Positions 1-7,891 of a stretch of DNA of 52,487 nucleotides are shown one piece after another. The stretch covers positions 1 to 52,487 of the forward strand of contig JABDCD010000004.1 in NCBI GenBank assembly GCA_013288305.1, written 5' to 3'. Each line of letters opens with the position of its first letter. The first letter of the stretch is position 1. The DNA comes from Alphaproteobacteria bacterium. Lineage in GTDB: Bacteria; Pseudomonadota; Alphaproteobacteria; Rickettsiales; SXRF01. A model generated the notes under the pieces. The model searched no databases. It saw nothing but the letters and a program-made list of their open reading frames with translations, and was not told the DNA's origin. The position numbers and the translations under genes are program-made.

Positions 1-160
1 CAAGGAAGCGCGATTGATAAAAATGGACGAGGCGCTGCCATTAACCGGAATTTAACCGGGGAGCGCTATATCTGGCGTGGAGTAAATTATGCGACTGCTA
101 TTCCTGTTTACCTGCGGGCGGCAATCGGGTATAAGGAAAAAAATAGTGAAAGGGTGTGTT

Positions 161-673
161 ATGCCAAAATTAAATTATGCCATTCCGGCGGCGTTTGCCG
201 CGCTGCTGTTTTCTGCACCGGCGCTGGCCGCTGATTATTTAAGCGTGAACGCGGGCTATTACGATGCATTGCGCAGCAATCAGAAGGCCGGGCAATTCGG
301 CGCCGAATATCGTTTCGATACCATCGAATACGGCATAAGGCCGATTATCGGCGGTTTCGTGACGTCCAAAAGCAGCACCTATGGCTATGCCGGGTTTAAC
401 TGGGACGTGGCGCTGCTGCCGCAGCAGCTTTATATCGTTCCCAGTTTCGCCGTCGGCGCGTATGGCGAGGGCAGCGGCAAGGATCTCGGCGGCACGCTGG
501 AATTCCGCTCGGGCATCGAGTTGGATTACCAGTTCCGTAACGCCCAGCAGGTCGGCGTCGCCATCAACCATCTTTCCAATGCCGGCATCTATAGCCATAA
601 CCCGGGCGAAGAAACCATTATGGCCACCTATTCCGTGCCGGTGAGTACGCTTACGCGCTGGATCAGCCGCTGA
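161..673 (+). CDS. Outer-membrane acyloxyacyl hydrolase / lipid A 3-O-deacylase (PagL)-like protein
   Basis: ORF 89..673. The internal ATG at 161 gives the signal peptide MPKLNYAIPAAFAALLFSAPALA. The sequence has a beta-barrel-like alternating pattern and a C-terminal HLSNAG...NPGEE motif resembling the PagL-family catalytic region. Confidence 0.6.
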   Translation: MPKLNYAIPAAFAALLFSAPALAADYLSVNAGYYDALRSNQKAGQFGAEYRFDTIEYGIRPIIGGFVTSKSSTYGYAGFNWDVALLPQQLYIVPSFAVGAYGEGSGKDLGGTLEFRSGIELDYQFRNAQQVGVAINHLSNAGIYSHNPGEETIMATYSVPVSTLTRWISR

Positions 674-674
674 T

Positions 675-1091
675 TTACTGCGGGGGAAATTTTATGATTG
701 CCACCGTGGGAAGGTTACAGGTTACATGGGCGCAGTTGCGCTTCGGATTGCTGTTATAGTTATCCACCGCATCGTTACATACCGTCTGGCAGCGCTGGAC
801 GAAAAGCCTAGCCGCGGTGGTATCGTCCACGCTGCTGTCCTCCCACACGACCATTGAGTTCGACGCCGTTGTTACGGGACTCGTGACCCATAGGCATGTC
901 CCCCTGTATTGCCATACCATCTTGCCATCAATAATGGGATGATCGCGGCCTGTATTGGTCAGGCTGTTCACAACGGAAGCGATGCAGGGAAGGGCTGCGT
1001 TATCCGTTTCATCGGACGAATCGGCGCCGTTTGCCGCGGCGGCAAAAAACAGCAGGAGCAAGGCCGGAAGCGTTTTGCATAGTATTTTCAT
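675..1091 (-). CDS. Hypothetical secreted cysteine-containing protein
   Basis: ORF 675..1115. The likely start MKILCKTLPALLLLFFAAAANGA gives a clear signal peptide. No family recognised. Confidence 0.45.
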   Translation of the reverse strand: MKILCKTLPALLLLFFAAAANGADSSDETDNAALPCIASVVNSLTNTGRDHPIIDGKMVWQYRGTCLWVTSPVTTASNSMVVWEDSSVDDTTAARLFVQRCQTVCNDAVDNYNSNPKRNCAHVTCNLPTVAIIKFPPQ

Positions 1092-1279
1092 GCGCGCTCC
1101 TCCAGTTGCGTTCACAGGATATTAGATGCAAGTTTTCATAGTATCACAAGAGGGAAATACATTTATTCCGGCCAGCGTCAGTCGCCCAGGCGTTACCCAA
1201 CCGATAAATTCGGCTTCAGGGTCAGTAAAACATGGGAAAATGTGGCCAGGAAGGAGGAAATTTATTGACGAACACTGCC

Positions 1280-2413
1280 CTAAAACTGCTGTTTTTTGGG
1301 GGTGCCGAAACCGGCGGGGGCTTCCCGGAACGGGCCGGCATTCTTGCCCATGTTATGCTGCTTGATCGACAGCAGCAAGTTGGCCGGGTTGTCGGATTCG
1401 GCCAGCGCCGCCTCTTCGGCGATGACGTCGTGCACGTATAGATCCATCAGGGCCTGGTCGAAGGTCTGCATCCCGCTCTCATGGCCTTTCTCGATGCATT
1501 CGCGGATTTCCTTGATGCGGCCTTCGCGGATCAGGTTTTTGATCAGCCCCTGGTTCAGCATGATTTCGATGGCGATGGAGCGGCTGTCCTTCTTGTTGCG
1601 CACCAGGCGCTGCGACAGGATGCCCTTGAGATTGAACGACAGGTTGAGTAGAATCTGCTGGTGCCGTTCTTCCGGGAAGAAATTGATGACGCGCTCGATG
1701 GTCTGGTGGGTGTTGTTGGCGTGCAGCGTCGCTACGCATAAATGGCCGGTTTCGGCGAAGACGATGGCGTGCTCCATGGTTTCCTTGTCACGGATTTCGC
1801 CGATGACGATGACGTCGGGCGTCTGGCGCAAGGCGTTTTTCAGGCCGATGCCGAACGAGTAGGTGTCGATGCCGACGTCGCGCTGGGTGATGATGCAGCG
1901 GCGATGATTATGGATGAATTCCACCGGGTCTTCGATGGTGACGATGTGGCCGGAGCCGTTGAGGTTGCGGTACTCCAGCATCGCCGCCAGCGAAGTGGAT
2001 TTGCCGGAGCCGGTGGGGCCGACGACGAGAATCAGCCCCCGTTTTTCCATGATAAGGTCGCCGTAGATTTTAGGCAGGGCGAGCGATTCGAGCGAAGGAA
2101 TATCGGTGCGGATGCGGCGCATGACGATGCCGGTATGCTGCCGCTGCCGGAACAGGTTGACGCGGAAACGCGCCTTGCCCTGCCAGTCGATGGCGGTGTT
2201 GTATTCCAGCGTCGAGTCGAATTCCTCGATGATCTCCGGGCTGACGATGACTCCCAGTATATCCCGCAGGTCTTTTTCCGTAAGCATTTCAGAGCCATAG
2301 GGCTGGATGTCGTGGCCGAAACGCAGGGACGGCCGCGTTCCCATCGTCAGATAAAGGTCGGTAGCTCCTTTATCGATGAATTCCTGGATGAGATTGTTGA
2401 CATTGATGACCAT
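1280..2413 (-). CDS. pilU: Type IV pilus retraction ATPase, PilU-like (PilT/PilU family)
   Basis: 377 aa with Walker A GPTGSGKST, Walker B-like VIVIGEIRD and LIKNLIREGR near the C-terminus. Lies immediately downstream of pilT. Confidence 0.85.
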   Translation of the reverse strand: MVINVNNLIQEFIDKGATDLYLTMGTRPSLRFGHDIQPYGSEMLTEKDLRDILGVIVSPEIIEEFDSTLEYNTAIDWQGKARFRVNLFRQRQHTGIVMRRIRTDIPSLESLALPKIYGDLIMEKRGLILVVGPTGSGKSTSLAAMLEYRNLNGSGHIVTIEDPVEFIHNHRRCIITQRDVGIDTYSFGIGLKNALRQTPDVIVIGEIRDKETMEHAIVFAETGHLCVATLHANNTHQTIERVINFFPEERHQQILLNLSFNLKGILSQRLVRNKKDSRSIAIEIMLNQGLIKNLIREGRIKEIRECIEKGHESGMQTFDQALMDLYVHDVIAEEAALAESDNPANLLLSIKQHNMGKNAGPFREAPAGFGTPKKQQF

Positions 2414-2420
2414 ACGCTGC

Positions 2421-3530
2421 CTAGAATCCGCCGTTAGCAGGCCTTACGGCGGACGCTGCCATTTTTTTAGGGGAATCGCGCAATTGATCTTCACTGTCCT
2501 CGCTTGCGCTGGTGATAAGCACGGCGCGCGCGGTCTGCTCGGAAATAATATCCTGCGAGACCAGTTCGAAGACGCTTTCCTTCATCGTGCGCATGCCGAG
2601 CTTGCTGCCCATTTGTATCAACGAATAAAGCTGCGGCACTTTGCCCTCGCGGATGAGGTTACGCACGGCGGGCGTACCCAGCATGATTTCGTGGGCGGCG
2701 ACGCGGCCCTTGTCCTTGCGCTTGAGCAGCGTCTGGGTAACGACGGCTTCCAGCGATACCGACAGCATGGCGCGCACCATTTCCTTATCGTCGGCCGGAA
2801 AGACGTCGATGACGCGGTCGATGGTTTTGGGTGCCGAGTTGGTGTGCAGGGTGCCCAATACCAAGTGGCCGGTTTCGGCGGCGGTCAGCGCCAGCTGGAT
2901 GGTTTCGATGTCGCGCAACTCGCCGACCAGGATCACGTCGGGGTCTTCGCGCAGGGCGGATCTCAGCGCCTTGGCGAAGGATTTGGTATTCCTGCCGACT
3001 TCGCGCTGGTTGATCAGCGATTTTTTCGATACGTGAATGAACTCGATCGGGTCTTCGATGGTGATGATGTGCTTGGCGAAATTGCTGTTGATGTGGTTGA
3101 CCATGGCGGCCAGGGTGGTGGATTTGCCGCTGCCGGTCGGGCCGGTGAGCAGGATCAGCCCCTTATGCAGCTGGCACAGATGTTTGAGTATTTCGGGCGC
3201 GCCCAGCTCTTCCAGCGATTGGATGTAGTTGGGAATGGCGCGCAGCACGGCCGCTGGCCCGTTGAACGTGTTGAAAGCGTTGACGCGGAAACGCAGATTC
3301 TCGCCGAAGGAAATGGCGAAATCCAGCTCGAAATCACGCTCGTAATCCGACCGCTGTTGTTCGGTCATGATCGAATAAAGCATATTCTTGACGCTGTCGG
3401 CCGTCAGCGGGTCGGTTTTATAGGGCATCATCTCACCGTGGACGCGCAACACCGGAGGGTTGCTCGTCGACAGGTGCAAGTCCGAGGCATTGTTTTTCTG
3501 CGTGAAGATCAGTAAGTCGGTGATTTCCAT
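2421..3530 (-). CDS. pilT: Twitching motility ATPase PilT
   Basis: 369 aa with N-terminal ASDLHL, Walker A GPTGSGKSTT, ILVGELRD and the PilT signature AVRNLIREGKVPQ. Confidence 0.9.
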   Translation of the reverse strand: MEITDLLIFTQKNNASDLHLSTSNPPVLRVHGEMMPYKTDPLTADSVKNMLYSIMTEQQRSDYERDFELDFAISFGENLRFRVNAFNTFNGPAAVLRAIPNYIQSLEELGAPEILKHLCQLHKGLILLTGPTGSGKSTTLAAMVNHINSNFAKHIITIEDPIEFIHVSKKSLINQREVGRNTKSFAKALRSALREDPDVILVGELRDIETIQLALTAAETGHLVLGTLHTNSAPKTIDRVIDVFPADDKEMVRAMLSVSLEAVVTQTLLKRKDKGRVAAHEIMLGTPAVRNLIREGKVPQLYSLIQMGSKLGMRTMKESVFELVSQDIISEQTARAVLITSASEDSEDQLRDSPKKMAASAVRPANGGF

Positions 3531-3553
3531 TGAAACTCCCTGGAACCCTGCGC

Positions 3554-5386
3554 TTACTGTCTATTAGAACTGATAAAAGTTAACCTTTGCTGAATTTTTT
3601 GAATATTTCCGGGGATAACTTCGCCGCGTTTATAAGCTTCCACGATCTGCCGGTACAGCTTGGCCGCTTCTTCATATTTTTTCTGTTTATCCAGCATGAT
3701 AGCAAGGTTGTAGCGGTAGGTCAGGTTTTCCGGTGCCAGCTCGACGGCGCGGAACATTTTTTCGCTGGCTTTGTCGGAATTACCAAGTTTTTCATAGATA
3801 ACTGCCATTTGCGCCGGGATGGGACTGAACTGCGGGTTGCGCCCTTCCAATTGCTCCAGCTGCGCCAGCGCTTCCTCTGGCGCCTCGTCAGCCAGCAATA
3901 CGAGGAAATTATTGAGCCCGTCGCGGTTATTGGGGTCGATGGCGAGCAACTTGGCATAGAGAGGCCGCGCCATATCGATCTGTCCGGCGCGGTGATAGGC
4001 AGTGGCCAGCCCGAACAGCGCGCTTTTATTCTTCGGATCGTTGCTCAATATATTTTTGTAAAGGTCGATGGCCTCGGAAGTGTGACCGGTGCTCATGGCG
4101 TTATAGGCCTGTTCGAGCTGGTAGTTCGAATCGACCTTGGGCGTCTTGGACTCGACACTGATGTTCATGCCGTCATGCTTGACCGATTTTACTGCCGGTT
4201 CGGCGTTACCCAGGTCGTTCTTATCCTTGGCATGATCGATGGCGATCTTTTTGAGCTTTTCTTTTTTATGATCGAGGTTGGTGGGGATTTTAGCGGCGAT
4301 CGCCTTGCTTTCCGGAGAGAGAGAAGGCGCCGGCTCCTGCATAACGGGAACAGGAGTATCCTGGTGGGGCGGCTCATTTTTCACGGCGGCGGCGACCTCG
4401 GGCGGTACGGCGGCTGGCGGCAATGGTGCCGGTTCGGAGGGCTTGCCTGCTGATTGCAGCAACGTATCGATGGAGGCATCCGGCGGCGGCGCGGCAGTGG
4501 GTGGTGGCGGCGGGGCTGCTGCTACCGGTGGTAGCGGCTGCGGCGCGGTTTCGAGCAACGGCTTGACGTCCGATAGCGGCGCCGCGGGCGCGGCAGGCGG
4601 GACACTTTCAGCGGTGGGAGGAGGCGCGGGCGGCACGGCTGGAGGAGGAGCGGGTGGTATGGCCGGAGGCGGTGGGGGTGGCGCTTCCGCGGGAATCTGG
4701 ATCAGGGGTGCATCCTCGCCGGCGGCGGGTGCCAGTGCCGCCAACTGCACCGGCGTCAGGGAAGGAATGATCGACGGCGGCGCGGCCTGCGCCATTTCCG
4801 GTTGTTCAGTCGCCATGTGCAGCGTTTCTTTTTTGACGATGACCGGCGGCGATTGATACACATTGGTGGAAGCGACCGGTATTCTGGCGGGCGGTGCGGC
4901 GGGAACCTGCTGTTTTTCCGACGGGGAGAATTTGGCGAATAGCTGGTCGAATACGTTGTCCGAGGGCGCGGCGGCGGCCAATGCCAGCGGCGCCGGGTTA
5001 TCCGGCAGCGGCGTATAGAGCGGGCGGCCATTGCCGGAGCCGCTTCTGGCGATCAGGGTGGCGGCGGGGTGCCGCGCCTGGCTGATGTTGCTTATATTGG
5101 GGATGGTGACTTTCAGCGGCTGGCGGGAGATTTTTTTCTCCGGAAGCGGCAGCGCCACGATATCCAGCGCGGAATCTTCATCGGCATCGGCGTGTGAGGA
5201 AATCCGTTCTATTTTTTGCTCGCGCACCTTGAGGCGGCGTTGCTCGTAGGGATTCATCGTTGAGGAAACATCCGCGTCGTAAGGCGCGGCTGCGGCCGCT
5301 GCGGAAGCATAGAGAGCATAAAACACCAGCCCGCCCCACAAGGCATTCCGTAAGCATCGGAGTTTCGATAAGCAGGCGGACGTCAT
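3554..5386 (-). CDS. Signal/TM-anchored proline/alanine-rich protein with C-terminal TPR repeats
   Basis: 610 aa. It has an N-terminal hydrophobic segment (LWGGLVFYALYASAAAAAAP) and a long PPPPP/APPP low-complexity centre. C-terminal TPR-like repeats include AIDLYKNILSNDPKN and ARPLYAKLLAIDPNN. Its stop is 24 nt upstream of the pilT start. Confidence 0.7.
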   Translation of the reverse strand: MTSACLSKLRCLRNALWGGLVFYALYASAAAAAAPYDADVSSTMNPYEQRRLKVREQKIERISSHADADEDSALDIVALPLPEKKISRQPLKVTIPNISNISQARHPAATLIARSGSGNGRPLYTPLPDNPAPLALAAAAPSDNVFDQLFAKFSPSEKQQVPAAPPARIPVASTNVYQSPPVIVKKETLHMATEQPEMAQAAPPSIIPSLTPVQLAALAPAAGEDAPLIQIPAEAPPPPPPAIPPAPPPAVPPAPPPTAESVPPAAPAAPLSDVKPLLETAPQPLPPVAAAPPPPPTAAPPPDASIDTLLQSAGKPSEPAPLPPAAVPPEVAAAVKNEPPHQDTPVPVMQEPAPSLSPESKAIAAKIPTNLDHKKEKLKKIAIDHAKDKNDLGNAEPAVKSVKHDGMNISVESKTPKVDSNYQLEQAYNAMSTGHTSEAIDLYKNILSNDPKNKSALFGLATAYHRAGQIDMARPLYAKLLAIDPNNRDGLNNFLVLLADEAPEEALAQLEQLEGRNPQFSPIPAQMAVIYEKLGNSDKASEKMFRAVELAPENLTYRYNLAIMLDKQKKYEEAAKLYRQIVEAYKRGEVIPGNIQKIQQRLTFISSNRQ

Positions 5387-5543
5387 GCCGATATATTACA
5401 CCACTTTATCCAAAATAAACATGATATTGTGATCCACTCACCATCTATACACCACAAATAGCATTAAGAAAAGGTTATCATGGGTAGATTTTATCGTCGG
5501 CATGTAAATTGCTTTCCAAGTGTGACATTTTTAGGGAGAGGCG

Positions 5544-5873
5544 ATGTATTATTGTTGGATAGCATGGGCGGTCATGGTGCTGGCGGCGGGCGATGCGTTT
5601 GCCGAGACGGACGATGCGGCGGCGGCGAAGAATTTCATTCCGCTGGCGGCGGCACATCACGTCGTGCCGGGTGTTTCCTCGCCACCGCATTTTTTCCCCC
5701 TGAAATCGCGGCAGATGGGGAAATTTCCGCTGCGCCTTACGCATGTGACGCAACAGGCGGAAGCCATACCGACGCTGCAGGCCAGCTCGTTGCCGCATGA
5801 TGCGTCCGCCGCAACGCCGATGACGCCCGAGCAGGCCAGGCAAATACTTTCCCTTTTCGGTAATGGCGAGTAG
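5544..5873 (+). CDS. Hypothetical small secreted protein
   Basis: 109-aa ORF preceded by SD-like GGGAGAGG. The N-terminal sequence MYYCWIAWAVMVLAAGDAFA looks like a signal peptide. No family recognised. Confidence 0.4.
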   Translation: MYYCWIAWAVMVLAAGDAFAETDDAAAAKNFIPLAAAHHVVPGVSSPPHFFPLKSRQMGKFPLRLTHVTQQAEAIPTLQASSLPHDASAATPMTPEQARQILSLFGNGE

Positions 5874-5884
5874 AATCGTCGCGC

Positions 5885-6952
5885 ATGACCGACTATTTTA
5901 CCCTGCTACGCCCGCTGATCCATCGCCTGCCGCCGGAGTCGGCACATGCGCTGGGCTTATGGGCGCTGCGCTGCGGGCTGGTGCCGCCGGCTCCGGTGCC
6001 GCGTTCTTCATTGCTGCAGGTGAATGCGTTTGGTTTGGAGTTCGCCAACCCGATCGGGCTGGCCGCCGGGTTCGATAAAAACGCCGTGGCCATTAATGCT
6101 TTGCTCGATATGGGATTCGGCTTCGTCGAAGCAGGAACGGTGACGCCGCGGCCGCAAGCGGGCAATCCTACGCCGCGGCTGTTCCGGCTGCCGGAAGACG
6201 AGGCCGTCATCAACCGGCTCGGGTTCAATAATGACGGGCTGGAATTGTTCATGGAACATTTCAGCCGGCGGGATAAAAGCAAAGGCATCGCCGGAGTCAA
6301 TATCGGCAAAAACAAAGATGCCGCCGACGCCGATGCCGATTATGTGGCGGGGCTCAAGGCAGCCTATGTTCATGCCGATTACATTACGGTCAATGTTTCG
6401 TCGCCCAATACCCCGGGCTTGCGCGATCTGCAACAGCGCGGGAAACTGAGCTCTCTGCTGGAAGCGTTGCGCCAGGCGCGACGGGAATGCGCGCAAACAT
6501 ATGTTCGCAACGTGCCGGTGCTGCTGAAGGTCGCGCCCGATCTCGACCGGAAAGAAATGGAGGACATCGCGGAAGCGGCGCTGACGTATGGTGTCGACGG
6601 GTTGATCGTCGGTAATACGACCGTTACGAGGCCGGAACGATTACGCAACTCTCATCGCGGCGAGACGGGGGGATTAAGCGGCAGGCCGTTGTTCGCATTG
6701 TCCACTGAACGCCTCAAAGATTTTTATCGGCTGGTCGGCGGCAGGATGCCGCTGATCGGGGCAGGGGGCGTGTTTTCCGCTGCCGATGCCTATGCGAAAA
6801 TCCGCGCCGGGGCGACGCTGGTGCAGCTCTATACGGCACTGGTTTACCGGGGGTTTTCCGCCGTGCGTGACATTCAAACGGGGCTGGCGAAATTGCTGGA
6901 AAAGGATGGGTTTGCGAATGTGCAGGAGGCGGTGGGGGTAGATTGTTGCTGA
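5885..6952 (+). CDS. pyrD: Dihydroorotate dehydrogenase (quinone), class 2
   Basis: 355 aa with typical PyrD motifs: GLAAGFDKN, GFGFVEAGTVTP, NRLGFNN, NVSSPNTPGLR, GLIVGNTT and IGAGGV. Confidence 0.95.
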   Translation: MTDYFTLLRPLIHRLPPESAHALGLWALRCGLVPPAPVPRSSLLQVNAFGLEFANPIGLAAGFDKNAVAINALLDMGFGFVEAGTVTPRPQAGNPTPRLFRLPEDEAVINRLGFNNDGLELFMEHFSRRDKSKGIAGVNIGKNKDAADADADYVAGLKAAYVHADYITVNVSSPNTPGLRDLQQRGKLSSLLEALRQARRECAQTYVRNVPVLLKVAPDLDRKEMEDIAEAALTYGVDGLIVGNTTVTRPERLRNSHRGETGGLSGRPLFALSTERLKDFYRLVGGRMPLIGAGGVFSAADAYAKIRAGATLVQLYTALVYRGFSAVRDIQTGLAKLLEKDGFANVQEAVGVDCC

Positions 6953-6983
6953 TTTTGCGCGTTTTTTGCGCTATAATAAGGGT

Positions 6984-7247
6984 ATGAGCGAGCTACATCT
7001 CATGCTGCACGACTACCGGCTGACCACTGCCGAAATCCTGTATCATCTTCCCGACCATCCGGCGCTGCTGCAAAGTTATGTCTGGCAGGATCTGGATATT
7101 GCCCCGAAATTCCCGGTGCTAAACCGTTTTCTAAATTTCTGGGAAAATGAGATCGAGGGAAAGTTGCACTCGGTCAAAGTCGCCAGTGCCCGGCTCGTCG
7201 TTCCGGCGCAGTTTACGTTCTGCAAGGGCGAATTGAGTATACATTGA
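6984..7247 (+). CDS. Usg family protein
   Basis: ORF 6966..7247; ATG at 6984. The sequence YRLTTAEILYHLPDHPALLQSYVWQDLDIAPKFPVLNRFLNFWENEIEGKLHSVKVA matches the conserved Usg-like family pattern. Confidence 0.75.
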   Translation: MSELHLMLHDYRLTTAEILYHLPDHPALLQSYVWQDLDIAPKFPVLNRFLNFWENEIEGKLHSVKVASARLVVPAQFTFCKGELSIH

Positions 7248-7253
7248 ATATAT

Positions 7254-7285
7254 ATCCTGTGGGACGCGAAGCGTCAGCACAGGAT
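7254..7285. repeat. Palindromic REP-like element (ATCCTGTG...CACAGGAT) with GCGAAGC mini-hairpin core
   Basis: ATCCTGTGGGACGCGAAGCGTCAGCACAGGAT has outer 8-bp arms and a nested GACGC-GAA-GCGTC stem. It lies 7 nt after the usg stop, between convergent genes. Confidence 0.7.
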
Positions 7286-7310
7286 TTCATGTCCATTCTT
7301 ATTCCCCGGG

Positions 7311-7342
7311 ATCCTGTGCCTCGGCGTTGCCTCGCACAGGAT
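7311..7342. repeat. Palindromic REP-like element (ATCCTGTGC...GCACAGGAT), second copy
   Basis: ATCCTGTGCCTCGGCGTTGCCTCGCACAGGAT has 9-bp arms identical to those of the element at 7254..7285. It sits just 3' of the stop of the minus-strand gene 7351..7683. Confidence 0.7.
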
Positions 7343-7350
7343 TGAATAAA

Positions 7351-7683
7351 CTAGGCCTCTTCGCTCTCGGTCTCTTCTTCTTCAACCGAAGGCGCCGAAC
7401 GAACTTTGCGGCCAGCTTCGGGCTTGGTTTTGACCAGTTTGCCTTTGGCTTCGTCCCACGCATACTGGTAGACGACCGTCTTGGTTCCGGTGGTGACGAT
7501 GTCGCCGTTGGCCAGTTGCAGCACGTCGAAACCTTTCTGCAACGCGTCCTGGATCAGCGACGAGGACTGCCGCAAATAGCGCGGGTCCAACATCATATTG
7601 GTGATTTCCGGTTCTCCCTCCACCGTTTTTTTAGGAGTTTGAGACATAATGCGCTTGGACATCTGATCGTTTTTTTTCATCAC
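7351..7683 (-). CDS. Hypothetical conserved-looking small protein with acidic C-terminal tail
   Basis: 110-aa ORF (MMKKNDQMSKR...EEEETESEEA). The composition looks coding. No family confidently recognised. Confidence 0.55.
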   Translation of the reverse strand: MMKKNDQMSKRIMSQTPKKTVEGEPEITNMMLDPRYLRQSSSLIQDALQKGFDVLQLANGDIVTTGTKTVVYQYAWDEAKGKLVKTKPEAGRKVRSAPSVEEEETESEEA

Positions 7684-7891
7684 CGGATCCTTATGTAAAT
7701 GTGAGCGATTCTCTCACATCATTGGAAAAATACCATAGGTAGGTTAGCGTATTTAACCCTACACTTACCGTAGTAGATAAATCAGGGCCGTTTGTCAACC
7801 TCTATCAACAAAGAATTTACACTTAAGCGCCAAGTTATTAACGGCGCCACCCGCATAAAACATCTTTCATATTCCCGCGTCAAGAGGGAAA

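Noticed and set aside
2376-3515. 379-aa plus-strand ORF (and 1742..2437, 231 aa)
   Set aside because: These are antisense to pilT and pilU, which have complete ATPase motif sets. No motifs are recognisable in the antisense products.
4278-4856. Gly/Ala-rich 192-aa plus-strand ORF and apparent DNA repetitiveness (possible repeat array)
   Set aside because: This is the mirror image of the proline-rich coding segment of the 3554..5386 gene. The repetitiveness is codon-level low complexity (CCN/GCN). There is no spacer-repeat CRISPR-like structure.
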